Of a stretch of 64,000 nucleotides of DNA, positions 19,623-28,879 are shown in pieces. The notes under the pieces are model-generated. The model did not search any database. It saw nothing but the letters and a program-made list of their open reading frames with translations, and was not told the origin of the DNA. Source of the stretch: a virus; the IMG/VR virus record IMGVR_UViG_3300022555_000010, positions 64,001 through 128,000 of that record. One strand, written 5' to 3'. A program made the position numbers and the translations under genes. Every line of letters starts with the position of its first letter. The first letter of the stretch is position 1.

Positions 19623-20602
19623 AAGAGAAGGATGTCATAGAGATAGCGGTTCGTGGTCAGGCGACGGGATTGGGACTTATCGGTGCAATGCGTCGGCATC
19701 CAGATCTTTTTATTCATATTGAAAAAGACAGCAAAGACGGAAAGACGCCCCAAGAGTGGGTTTTAATTGCTGAAAAGATGTCTGAAGATAATGGTGGAAT
19801 ATTACAGTCAAATGGTTGGCTTCAAAACAATGGGTATGCGGGATTAGCAAATGCCATTAGAGAACATCCCGAACTTTTCAAGAGCGTTAAGCGAGAATTT
19901 AAAGGTGGCAAGACGAGAGGAGAATGGGTGAGGATTGCTGGGGAAATAGCGAAAGGGAATAATGGCAAGTTGCCGACTAATGCTTGGCTTATTGAAAATG
20001 GATATGGAAAGATGGTATCCGTGAGGTATAAATGGCCAGAACTTTTCAATCACATCGGGCAGGAAAGGAAAGTGAAGACATTAAAAGAATGGGTAGCCAC
20101 AGCAGAGAGGTTGGCAAAAAAGAACGATGGAATAATACCTTGTGACGGGTGGTTGAGAAAGAATGGATATGTTGGGCTACATTCTTGTATGTATAAACAT
20201 CCAGATTTTTTTAAACATCTAAAACAAGATTTTAATGGTGGTAAAAAACCAGACGAGTGGGTAAAAGAGGCGGAAAAATTGGCATCGTTAAATGAAGGGA
20301 TTTTACCGAGTGGAACATGGCTTCGTAATAATGGGTTTACAGGATTGCGTAATACGATTTATAAGTGGCCAGAACTTTTCCAGAATATTAAACAGGACCA
20401 TCAAAGGAAGTCGGCGGAAGAATGGGTTGTTTTGGCAGAGGGACTGGCAAGAGATAATGGAGGAATGTTGCCCAACAGTGGCTGGCTTCAGAGGAATGGA
20501 TATTTTGCATTATATCGTGTTTTCAGGATGAATCCGAATTTGTTCGGTCATATTAAATGTTGGAAGAGGAGTAAAGGTGAGAGAAATGAGCAGGTTAAGT
20601 AG
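19619..20602 (+). CDS. tandem ~55-aa repeat protein (5 repeats), paralogue 3
   Basis: same repeat and same N-terminal cap. Confidence 0.8.
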   Translation: MKEKDVIEIAVRGQATGLGLIGAMRRHPDLFIHIEKDSKDGKTPQEWVLIAEKMSEDNGGILQSNGWLQNNGYAGLANAIREHPELFKSVKREFKGGKTRGEWVRIAGEIAKGNNGKLPTNAWLIENGYGKMVSVRYKWPELFNHIGQERKVKTLKEWVATAERLAKKNDGIIPCDGWLRKNGYVGLHSCMYKHPDFFKHLKQDFNGGKKPDEWVKEAEKLASLNEGILPSGTWLRNNGFTGLRNTIYKWPELFQNIKQDHQRKSAEEWVVLAEGLARDNGGMLPNSGWLQRNGYFALYRVFRMNPNLFGHIKCWKRSKGERNEQVK

Positions 20603-21296
20603 TTCATCAATAGGGTTCAGGAACAAGGACTGGGGGTCAGAAAAGAAGAAGGCGGCACGGTCGCAATCCATTTTCGGGGTCTATCGTCAGGTCATGGAAC
20701 GAGAATCTCTCCCGGATGACAAACAGTATTGGACATTGGCCGGGAAACACACAAGTCCTGGGTGTGAACTACCACACGCCATCAGTGACGGTCTTATTCA
20801 TTCTCATGATCAGTTTCACGGCGTAGACTATGAGGCAGATGTTGTTAGGCACAATCGAAAGAGTTACCCGGAGGCTCATTGGCACAAGGACGAGTTTACT
20901 TGTGCCTTGGAGAAAGCCAAGTCGTTCAATCCTGGTCTGATTAACTTTGATATGGTCTGTATGGTAGACAATGCTTGTCTGGGCATAGCCCAAGCATTAC
21001 ACATCTTGGTAGAAAGAGAAGTTTCCGGGGTAATGATGGCGGCGAACTTCTTGTTGAACAATCCGAGGGAGGTTTCCGCGATGTGTCATTCCCCATTGGA
21101 TGTTTGGGAATGGTTCTATCGGTCAGCAAGTCAGGGAAATACGCTCAGGAGGGCGATGAACCGGGGATGGGAAGTTCATACAAAGGCATATCTGTATGAC
21201 GGAGCCGACAAGGTTTCAAGGTCGTATATGCAGACAGTGTATTTCTTCCGCAAGGAAGAGAGTGGCGAGAGTATAATAAGGAAACAAGGAGAATAA
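20586..21296 (+). CDS. hypothetical protein, possible SAM-dependent methyltransferase fold
   Basis: YWTLAG, FHGVD, LINFDM pattern resembles class I MTase strands (weak). Confidence 0.4.
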   Translation: MSRLSSSSIGFRNKDWGSEKKKAARSQSIFGVYRQVMERESLPDDKQYWTLAGKHTSPGCELPHAISDGLIHSHDQFHGVDYEADVVRHNRKSYPEAHWHKDEFTCALEKAKSFNPGLINFDMVCMVDNACLGIAQALHILVEREVSGVMMAANFLLNNPREVSAMCHSPLDVWEWFYRSASQGNTLRRAMNRGWEVHTKAYLYDGADKVSRSYMQTVYFFRKEESGESIIRKQGE

Positions 21297-21299
21297 AGC

Positions 21300-21926
21300 A
21301 TGAAGAAGTCAAAAGGTACGTTGGCGGCAGAGAAGGCATGGAAGACAATGAAGGAACAGGAGGCTACTATGACTCCCAAACAGTTGAAGGAATTACACCT
21401 GAAACGAAGTAATGCTTCAAAAAGGGCGTGGAAGACAATGAGGGCGGACAAGGTTCATAATTATCTTGGCAAGCCAGCCGCAGGATTTGTAAAAATTGCC
21501 GAGAAGTTGGCAAAAGACAATGGTGGGGTATTACCTCGTATGGATTTGATGGCGAAGTTTGAAACATTCTCAGTGTTCCGAGGATTCGGCGGGGGATGTG
21601 TCGCTCACGGAATGAGCCTAGTTGCTAGATTTTTGGCCACTGATCCCAGGAACGCTGCTGAGACGGCAGCCAAGAAGATGAAAATCAAGTTGGACCCAAA
21701 GCAACAGACTCTTTCTTCGTTCAGGACGGACACACTCAAGGAGCCAGTCTCGTTGTCATATTTCTTCGAGGAGAATGACGGTGAAGAGATCATTGTGGTT
21801 CTTGAAGGCTCATTTTCAGAAAATGAGGCTGACGATATCGTTGAAAAGGACTTTGCCAGATACACCGCGAAACGAGAAGCGGCACTCAAGGCCTGGAAGA
21901 CGATTCGCAAAAACAAGGCTGCATGA
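21300..21926 (+). CDS. basic protein with three AWKT motifs and a half repeat
   Basis: AEKAWKTMK, SKRAWKTMR, ALKAWKTIR; IAEKLAKDNGGVLP. Confidence 0.6.
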   Translation: MKKSKGTLAAEKAWKTMKEQEATMTPKQLKELHLKRSNASKRAWKTMRADKVHNYLGKPAAGFVKIAEKLAKDNGGVLPRMDLMAKFETFSVFRGFGGGCVAHGMSLVARFLATDPRNAAETAAKKMKIKLDPKQQTLSSFRTDTLKEPVSLSYFFEENDGEEIIVVLEGSFSENEADDIVEKDFARYTAKREAALKAWKTIRKNKAA

Positions 21927-22552
21927 ACACAGCACAGCAGGAACTTGATATCCGGAAGAAGGATCTCGCCCGTAAGAGGTCAGAGAATGCCCTCCTCAAC
22001 AGGCAGATCGATACTTCCGAAAAGAGAATCCTTGAGTTAGTTGCCAGTCTGGATCTAGCCAAGGATGCTCTCGTCTTCCTCACCGACCTGGCAGACGGTC
22101 GTCGGGGAGCAATGAAGGGTAAGATCGAAACGGTCGTCACAGAGGCTCTCAGACTCATCTACGGGAATTCCTACCGTATCGAGTTGTCATACTCCGTGAA
22201 GAACAACCGGTCTAACCTGGAAATAGAGATGGTCCGGGATACGGCAACCGGGGAAGTTCGACGGGATATGAACGGTTTCGGGGGTGGTGTCGCAGATACA
22301 ATCAGTGTCCCGCTTCGTTTAATGGTCCTGGTTGGCTCCAGGAAGACTGACAAGGTATGTATCCTTGATGAGTGCTGGAAACACATTGATGCAGGCAGGA
22401 TCGAACTCGTGGGCAAGTTCTTGAGGGCATTGTCGGAGCAACTGGGGATGCAGGTGATTTTCGCAACACATCATCTTCCGTTACAGCAATTTGCGGATCA
22501 GGTTTATCATACGAGTGAGAAAGATGGTAAGTCGGCAGTCAAAGTTGCGTAA
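21923..22552 (+). CDS. SbcC/Rad50-like ABC ATPase, C-terminal half only
   Basis: coiled coil, FGGG signature, ILDE Walker B, ATHH H-loop; no Walker A. Confidence 0.75.
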   Translation: MNTAQQELDIRKKDLARKRSENALLNRQIDTSEKRILELVASLDLAKDALVFLTDLADGRRGAMKGKIETVVTEALRLIYGNSYRIELSYSVKNNRSNLEIEMVRDTATGEVRRDMNGFGGGVADTISVPLRLMVLVGSRKTDKVCILDECWKHIDAGRIELVGKFLRALSEQLGMQVIFATHHLPLQQFADQVYHTSEKDGKSAVKVA

Positions 22553-22619
22553 GATTTGGGTATAGTGAATCAACAGCCGGTAATTCCGGTTGGCAATATT
22601 AAACAATAGGAGTTGAAGA

Positions 22620-23153
22620 ATGGCAAAGCGAGAGATTAAGGCAGTTGAAGCGTCGGCAGATGTCGCCGCGATTATCGACCGGGGTTCAGACGTTGATATT
22701 CAGATTAAGAACCTCTCAAGTGAGGACAAGGGTTTGAAAACCAAGATTACTGAGGCGGCTCAGAATCAGTTAAATCCTGGGGAGTTGAGTGTCAGGTTAC
22801 TCGGCAAGACGGCCGCAGCGGTCGTCAGTGGGGTAGAGAAGATTGACCTCGATGTGAATGCGGAACAGTTCCCGGTCGTCCGTGAGGCCATATTGAACGG
22901 CTTGATGGGTGGGATTGTGGAACGAAATGTCTGTCTGGTGGTCCCTCCGGGAGATATCGAGAAGGCGGCGGGAATCTTGACGGCGGCGGGTATCAGGGCA
23001 ACGGTGACGGAATCAATCAAGGTTGTCGATGCTGCTGTTCTGACGGGTAATGCTGGTTATGCTGTGACGGTTCAGGCAGGGCAAGCGATTGAGGCGTTGA
23101 AGAAGTGTGTGAAGAAGGATGTTTCATTCAGGGTTAAATACGAGAAGGCGTAA
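22620..23153 (+). CDS. hypothetical protein
   Basis: AGGAG RBS, 177 aa. Confidence 0.65.
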   Translation: MAKREIKAVEASADVAAIIDRGSDVDIQIKNLSSEDKGLKTKITEAAQNQLNPGELSVRLLGKTAAAVVSGVEKIDLDVNAEQFPVVREAILNGLMGGIVERNVCLVVPPGDIEKAAGILTAAGIRATVTESIKVVDAAVLTGNAGYAVTVQAGQAIEALKKCVKKDVSFRVKYEKA

Positions 23154-23161
23154 GGTTTATT

Positions 23162-24436
23162 ATGGCACCGAAAAAAGATACTGAGCAGGAGATTTCGTTC
23201 GCGGGTTGTTACGGGGAAAAAGTAACCTATGAGCAGCTCGATGATTTCCTTGTTGATGCATTCGCTTCAAACCGGGACTCGGAAGAGTCAAAGTCGGATG
23301 AGCGTTTCTCAACTTGTATTTGGGGACACGCCGGGATTGGCAAGACGGCCAAGGTTAAGCAACATTGCCGGAAACCGTTGACTTGGAATGGGAAGAAATA
23401 TCCGGGATACAAGGTGTTCGATGTTCCGATTGCCCAGTTCGAGGAAATGGGAGATCTTCACGGTATGCCTTCCCGGCATATGAAGGTGGCCAAAGCCGGA
23501 GACGGAGCACCACAGGAGATTTGGGTTCCTGAAGAAGTTCACCAGAGTTGGTTGAAGGACGGATGGGAGATCATGCCTTCGGCTGGGGTGCGGACAATGT
23601 ATGCTCCTCCTGACTGGGTGCCGGCAGAAGCGGGTCCGAGCATTCTTCTGTTGGATGACTGGAATCGTGCATCGGTTCGTATCATCAAGGGAATCATGCA
23701 GTTGCTTCAGAACTACGGGATGGTATCTTGGAAGTTACCGCCTGGGTGTAACATTGTTCTGACGGCAAACCCGGATGAGCAGGACTATCTTGTGACGTCA
23801 ATTGACAATGCCATTCTGACTCGAATTCGGAGTATCACATTGAAGCATGATGCGAAGGAATGGGCGATTTGGGCACAGGCGGACAATCTGGACCCTCGTG
23901 GGATCAACTTCCTGCTTCGGTATCCGGAGATGATGATTGGTAATGCTCGGACGAATCCCCGGACGCTGGCACAATGTTTCCGGGATATGCGTCGAATTCC
24001 CGAACTGAAGTCGAAGGAAGATCAGATGCGTTTCAAGACGATGGCGATGTCTCTTCTGGACGAGGAGACGGTTTCATCGTTGATTGTCTTTATGGAGCGT
24101 GATGTCGAGTTAATCATCGAGCCGGATCAGATTCTGGCCGGTCAGGATTGGCAGTGGATTGAAGGGCATGTCGCGAAACTGATGGGAAGTCGTGAGAAGC
24201 GTGTGGATGTCCTGGGGGTCATTTGTGACCGTTTGTTTGCTCACTTGGTTCAGCCGGGGACAAAGGCAGATGAAACGTCAGTGAAGAACTTTCAGAGGTT
24301 CCTTACGATGGACGATATTCCGGAGGATTTGAGGCACAATCTCTGTATGAGGCTTTCACGGGTGAAGAACCAGAAGGATCATCAGTGGATTCTGAGAAAC
24401 GAAAAACTGACCAAACTTATTATGCAGGTCATTTGA
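23162..24436 (+). CDS. MoxR-like AAA+ ATPase
   Basis: GHAGIGKT, PPDWVP, LLLDDWNRA, LTANP, TNPRT. Confidence 0.85.
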   Translation: MAPKKDTEQEISFAGCYGEKVTYEQLDDFLVDAFASNRDSEESKSDERFSTCIWGHAGIGKTAKVKQHCRKPLTWNGKKYPGYKVFDVPIAQFEEMGDLHGMPSRHMKVAKAGDGAPQEIWVPEEVHQSWLKDGWEIMPSAGVRTMYAPPDWVPAEAGPSILLLDDWNRASVRIIKGIMQLLQNYGMVSWKLPPGCNIVLTANPDEQDYLVTSIDNAILTRIRSITLKHDAKEWAIWAQADNLDPRGINFLLRYPEMMIGNARTNPRTLAQCFRDMRRIPELKSKEDQMRFKTMAMSLLDEETVSSLIVFMERDVELIIEPDQILAGQDWQWIEGHVAKLMGSREKRVDVLGVICDRLFAHLVQPGTKADETSVKNFQRFLTMDDIPEDLRHNLCMRLSRVKNQKDHQWILRNEKLTKLIMQVI

Positions 24437-24972
24437 TGGATCGGAAAGAATATAATCGAGAATATCATTTAATCCATAAGAAAGAGCATAATATTCGATC
24501 AAAGGCATGGTATCAGGACCATAAGGATATTATCTCAATAGATGGAAAGGCATGGAGAGATTCTAATCCCGAAGTTGTGAGCAAGAAGAATAAGTTGTAT
24601 GTATTAAATAATAAAGAAAAGCATAAGAAGAGATGTCGAGATTATCAGAGAGATCGAAGGTCAGTAGATCCTTGTTTTAAGTTGTTGTCAAATTTAAGAA
24701 GAAGGGTTTGTCATGCGATCACTGATGGGCATCGTTCTTTTCACACAAAAGAACTGGTCGGTTGCGATATTAAAGAATTGATGAGACATCTTGAGTCTAA
24801 ATTTCAGTCGGGAATGACTTGGGAAAATTATGGAGAATGGCACGTTGATCATATCAAGCCTTGTTCTTCTTTTGATTTGACCGACATTAATCAACAAAAG
24901 ATGTGTTTTAACTGGATGAATTTGCAACCATTGTGGGCATTAGAGAATATCAGGAAGAGTAATAAGATTTAA
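24436..24972 (+). CDS. HNH/endonuclease VII-like endonuclease
   Basis: GMTWENYGEWHVDHIKPC..NLQPLWALENIRKSNK; AT-rich; TGATG overlap. Confidence 0.8.
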   Translation: MDRKEYNREYHLIHKKEHNIRSKAWYQDHKDIISIDGKAWRDSNPEVVSKKNKLYVLNNKEKHKKRCRDYQRDRRSVDPCFKLLSNLRRRVCHAITDGHRSFHTKELVGCDIKELMRHLESKFQSGMTWENYGEWHVDHIKPCSSFDLTDINQQKMCFNWMNLQPLWALENIRKSNKI

Positions 24973-24975
24973 GGA

Positions 24976-25911
24976 GTGAATATGATTATCAAAAGTAGAG
25001 TGACGGGGAAGAATGTCTTGGAAGTCCTGGAGAATTTCAGGATGGATGTGACATTGCCGAAGTTTGCAAGGCCGAAGCAGGAGACGACTAATCATTCCAA
25101 CTATAATGGGGCTGTGAAGATGTCCAGTATGTCCGGTATGGCAGGGTTCGGAATTGAACCGTCTGACGATGGAGTGTCAGAATCCTGGGACATAGCAACT
25201 ACTCCGATGTTCTTCAATACAGCCCAGAGCATAAATGGAGACTCTAAGACGGCCTACAGTATTGGTTGGAAGCGTCGGTTGGTGAAGAGGCTTGAGAAGA
25301 TGCTCAAGTTGAACAGGGAAGAGAAGAGGATTTACGGCAAGGTGAGTCCGATTGATATCTTCCTGTCGGCTCGTGGTTCCTTACAGGAGATCAAGGACTA
25401 TATTGACCGGGTGAAGATCTATGACGCGGTCATCAAGGATGCAATGTTGGCTGGGCAAATTGGTCGGGCGGATCAGTTGAAGAAGGCACGGAAGATTGTT
25501 CAACAGGAGAGTGTGCTTCGGGCAGCCGGGTTTAAGACCTTTCTGTCTGAGGAGACAGTCATTGACTTTGCGATCAAGTGTGAGAAGGGGTTGAGATTGG
25601 ATTGGGTTGCCAATTTTAATCGTCCCGTGCCGGCAGAGGTTTTGGCTAAGAAGGTTGAGGCAGATGCCTTGAAGATGTTTGACAACTATGCCATCCTGCA
25701 TTATGACCCGAGTCAATCGGCGTTTGTCTTGACCCCGGCAGAGGTTCAAAAACGGAAGGACCCGATCTTGTTCGGACTCCTGGAGAATTCCCGGAAACTG
25801 TATTTCATTGGAGACTGGAAAGACGATGTCTGTCAGTTGACGATGGAGGAAGTTGCTCGGGTCCTGGGGCATCCGGCAGGGGAGATCCCGGAAGATCCCA
25901 CGGCCATTTAG
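24976..25911 (+). CDS. conserved phage hypothetical protein
   Basis: 311 aa, FDNY.ILHYDP..KDPILFG..LYFIGDW. Confidence 0.7.
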   Translation: MNMIIKSRVTGKNVLEVLENFRMDVTLPKFARPKQETTNHSNYNGAVKMSSMSGMAGFGIEPSDDGVSESWDIATTPMFFNTAQSINGDSKTAYSIGWKRRLVKRLEKMLKLNREEKRIYGKVSPIDIFLSARGSLQEIKDYIDRVKIYDAVIKDAMLAGQIGRADQLKKARKIVQQESVLRAAGFKTFLSEETVIDFAIKCEKGLRLDWVANFNRPVPAEVLAKKVEADALKMFDNYAILHYDPSQSAFVLTPAEVQKRKDPILFGLLENSRKLYFIGDWKDDVCQLTMEEVARVLGHPAGEIPEDPTAI

Positions 25912-25935
25912 CCGGATCGTCATATTAAAGTTGAA

Positions 25936-25976
25936 GTGCTCGACCTCGGGAAAACTGGGGGCGAGCATTTTCTTTT
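25936..25976 (+). terminator. intrinsic terminator
   Basis: GTGCTCG..CGAGCAT hairpin followed by T-rich tract. Confidence 0.6.
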
Positions 25977-26004
25977 CCGTATTCTGGAGTTGTTTCTGCA
26001 ATGT
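25977..26004 (+). promoter_or_regulatory. phage promoter-like motif
   Basis: CCGTAT-N15-GCAATGT after terminator. Confidence 0.75.
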
Positions 26005-26046
26005 ATAGATGTGCAGGTAACAAATAACAATAACGGAGAAGAAAAG

Positions 26047-26532
26047 ATGACCTTGACTATAAATGACTTGAAGGTGGGTTCGTTGGTGGTTGGGATGAAT
26101 GGTAAGATGGGTGTTGTGGTTGGGCATGAGTTGAATCGCCCGAAACATCCGATTATGTATAAGAACAGTCCGGATGGGGCTACTTATATCGCCGGGGCGG
26201 ATTATTTCAAGGCGATTCTCGGGTCGGTGGATATGGATGCCTTTAACAATGCGGCGATTAAAATGCCGATTTTCCCGAATATCCCTGCCTTTGTCCCGGC
26301 CTCACGAGAGCCTCTGTTTGGAACGGATATTGAGCACATCGGGATCGTTCCCGTCCAGATTGCAGAGATGAAACTAAAGTCTGGCGACCAGATTCAGGTC
26401 AGACACGGGTCACGAGTGATTACGGTCGAGTTCTCGGGGTTCAACTGGAACCGTCCGAAATACCCGGTGTCTTACACCATCAACGGGAAGAAATGGAAAG
26501 GGCCTTTGTCAGTAATCATCGGTAAGGCCTAA
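26047..26532 (+). CDS. hypothetical protein
   Basis: GGAG RBS; internal repeat NRPKHPI/NRPKYPV. Confidence 0.6.
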   Translation: MTLTINDLKVGSLVVGMNGKMGVVVGHELNRPKHPIMYKNSPDGATYIAGADYFKAILGSVDMDAFNNAAIKMPIFPNIPAFVPASREPLFGTDIEHIGIVPVQIAEMKLKSGDQIQVRHGSRVITVEFSGFNWNRPKYPVSYTINGKKWKGPLSVIIGKA

Positions 26533-26554
26533 GAAGCCTTCAGAAGACGAGTTG

Positions 26555-26600
26555 TAAAGCCCTGTAGTCCAACCTGATACGGGGCTTTATATTTTCACTT
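26555..26600 (+). terminator. intrinsic terminator
   Basis: TAAAGCCCTGTA/TACGGGGCTTTA hairpin followed by T-rich tract. Confidence 0.6.
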
Positions 26601-26605
26601 TTCTT

Positions 26606-26633
26606 TCGTATTATAGTCAGGTTTCGGCAATGT
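26606..26633 (+). promoter_or_regulatory. phage promoter-like motif variant (TCGTAT), leaderless
   Basis: ATG 26640 six nt downstream. Confidence 0.7.
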
Positions 26634-26639
26634 ATAGGT

Positions 26640-26786
26640 ATGAACATTACATTCGATCTTGGACCGGACATTGAGGTTGAGGGTGACGAGTGGGAATCGC
26701 TAAAGATGGCCTTGGATGACATTGAACGGTTGGAAGATGAACGGAAATTGGGAGAGTTTCTCTCAGGATATCAGGTGCAATTATGA
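26640..26786 (+). CDS. 48-aa acidic leaderless ORF (not in ORF track)
   Basis: MNITFDLGPD..QVQL*, ATGA overlap with 26783. Confidence 0.55.
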   Translation: MNITFDLGPDIEVEGDEWESLKMALDDIERLEDERKLGEFLSGYQVQL

Positions 26787-26998
26787 CCAATGAAAGACAG
26801 GCTTTTAAACAGGGTGAGATTATCTCGTATTGTGGAGACACCTTTGAGGTTATCGAGAACTTCGGGGATACTGGGACGGTTAAAGAGACCGGGAAGGGTG
26901 GCACAGTGGTCACTGGGTTCCATTGGAACTTTGCCGGGGAGAAGAGTGTCAGGTTGGATTCGTGTGAAGCCTTGAGGATTCTGGACGGTGTGAAATGA
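26783..26998 (+). CDS. hypothetical protein
   Basis: coupled ORF. Confidence 0.5.
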   Translation: MTNERQAFKQGEIISYCGDTFEVIENFGDTGTVKETGKGGTVVTGFHWNFAGEKSVRLDSCEALRILDGVK

Positions 26999-27291
26999 GT
27001 CAAATCGGTGAAATAGCGAAGGAATGGCTGAAAGTTAAAAAAGCCAGTTTGGGGACTCGGGATGGACTTCCTGGGGAATTTCATCAAGAATACCTGTTTG
27101 CCGGGATCAAGGTCGGTTCCAGGGTGGCTATCAAGACAACTCACGGCAGTCTTTTAGAGGGTCGGGCGGTAATGAGGGGGCCGGCAGGGTGGGTCTTGAA
27201 CCTGGGAGGGGATCACGGGACTCCTGGGATAGCTTCGGAACGGAATGTGGTTTGGGTGACTGGGGCAAGCAAGATCCTGGGGTTCAAATAA
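26995..27291 (+). CDS. hypothetical protein
   Basis: coupled ORF. Confidence 0.55.
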   Translation: MSQIGEIAKEWLKVKKASLGTRDGLPGEFHQEYLFAGIKVGSRVAIKTTHGSLLEGRAVMRGPAGWVLNLGGDHGTPGIASERNVVWVTGASKILGFK

Positions 27292-27298
27292 AAACCTT

Positions 27299-27326
27299 CC
27301 GTATTGGGGTGTAAATCTGGCAATGT
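27299..27326 (+). promoter_or_regulatory. phage promoter-like motif, leaderless
   Basis: ATG 27333 six nt downstream. Confidence 0.75.
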
Positions 27327-27332
27327 ATAGGT

Positions 27333-28019
27333 ATGAAAAGGAACAACAACATGAAAGAGAATATCTTGAGAGTGACATTCGTCGTGCTGCTGTCGATTGT
27401 AGGATATGCCACCTATGACATCGCGGACTCGGTCTTCAACCCGGTGGTTGCTGATAAACCTGTTCTGACGAACACGGTTGCCAAAGTAACTGCGGTTCAA
27501 ACCGTTGTAACGAACAAGCCTTTACCGGTGGTAGCACCAAAGAAGGTTTCACCTGTGGTCAAGCCGAAAAAGTTTCTGATGGTTGCGGCCGACTTTGATC
27601 TGCCAGGGATTGACGGGAATCGGTTGATTGACTGGTTGGAGACGGCAGAGAATCCTGATGGGGACCCGGACATGGTTGGAGATACAAATCTTCGGCATCA
27701 TGCTTATGGAACTTTACAGATTCGGCAACCTTATTTAACGGATGTGATTCGTTTCGCCAAGAAGGACATGATCAAGAAATATGGTCGGGTTCTGACGATT
27801 AAGGATATGAAGGACCGGCAGAAGGCACGATGGGTTGCTCGGGTTTATCTTCATTGTTACGGGAAAGAATACACTCGGCGGACAGGTAAGATTCCGACCT
27901 ACAAGATTTATGCGAAGATACACAATGGGGGACCGGAAGGTTGGCATCCTCGGAATCTTGACACGAAACGGTATTGGGCGATGGTGGTTCGGGTGAATGG
28001 ATTGGAAGGGACGGTATAA
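27333..28019 (+). CDS. membrane-anchored lysozyme-like muramidase (i-type/transglycosylase-like)
   Basis: N-terminal TM; AE..GD..AYGTLQIRQPY..IHNGGPEG..YW. Confidence 0.7.
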   Translation: MKRNNNMKENILRVTFVVLLSIVGYATYDIADSVFNPVVADKPVLTNTVAKVTAVQTVVTNKPLPVVAPKKVSPVVKPKKFLMVAADFDLPGIDGNRLIDWLETAENPDGDPDMVGDTNLRHHAYGTLQIRQPYLTDVIRFAKKDMIKKYGRVLTIKDMKDRQKARWVARVYLHCYGKEYTRRTGKIPTYKIYAKIHNGGPEGWHPRNLDTKRYWAMVVRVNGLEGTV

Positions 28020-28418
28020 ATGTTGGACTTTTATAAAACAGGTGCAGGTCGAAGGTTCTGTGATTCGACGGTTCCAGATCTTGTGGAACAGATGAAGAGG
28101 CTCGCGGACGAGATGAGTCGGGCGAACAATCTGAAAGAGATGGAGTTGAAGAACATTGGACCGTTGTCTGCGACGACTCCTGGGGATATCGCGAAGGAAT
28201 TCATTCAGCCGACAAACAATTGGAATGAAGACACTCTGTTTGTGGAAAAGATATTAAAGAGTGTTGATTCCGAAGGAGGAAGTATCATTCTTCTCGGAGA
28301 AGATTATGAAAAGATCCGTGGCATAAATATTCGTGGAATGCTTTTGGCAGCCGGAGTCAAAATTGAACAAGATGACGATATGAATGAGGCAACCTTAACA
28401 AAGGATGAAGGCGGTTGA
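28020..28418 (+). CDS. hypothetical protein
   Basis: ORF abutting upstream gene. Confidence 0.55.
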   Translation: MLDFYKTGAGRRFCDSTVPDLVEQMKRLADEMSRANNLKEMELKNIGPLSATTPGDIAKEFIQPTNNWNEDTLFVEKILKSVDSEGGSIILLGEDYEKIRGINIRGMLLAAGVKIEQDDDMNEATLTKDEGG

Positions 28419-28420
28419 TT

Positions 28421-28861
28421 ATGAATAAGACAGAAATAATGGCAGCGGTTATGAGGACGATGAACAAGGCGAAGTCGGCGGTAAAGCCGGTCCCTGTGGT
28501 TCCGGAGATTCAAGCAGTGGGTGGAACAGTCTCCCCGGCAATGAATCAACAGGAGATTCAAACAGTATTGAGACAGGTCAAGGGAGCCTCGGGGATTCAG
28601 AATGTCCAGGACGGGACTCGGGTTCATATTCATTACAAATCATTTGGGGTTCCGACTCAACAGGGGATTCGATGTGCCTCTCGTGCGGCTGAACTGGGAT
28701 TGTCTCGGGATCGGTACACGGGCAGGATTCACCGGGTCTGGACTTCCTCTAAGGGTGATCAATGTGTCACGATGTGGGTGGAACTGGAACGGGATCATAT
28801 GTATCGAACATTGAACCTGGACAAGGGTGAAGTTTACAAGTTCATCATTCTCGGGGAGTAA
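28421..28861 (+). CDS. hypothetical protein
   Basis: ORF. Confidence 0.6.
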   Translation: MNKTEIMAAVMRTMNKAKSAVKPVPVVPEIQAVGGTVSPAMNQQEIQTVLRQVKGASGIQNVQDGTRVHIHYKSFGVPTQQGIRCASRAAELGLSRDRYTGRIHRVWTSSKGDQCVTMWVELERDHMYRTLNLDKGEVYKFIILGE

Positions 28862-28879
28862 TCCTGGGTATAATGGGTT

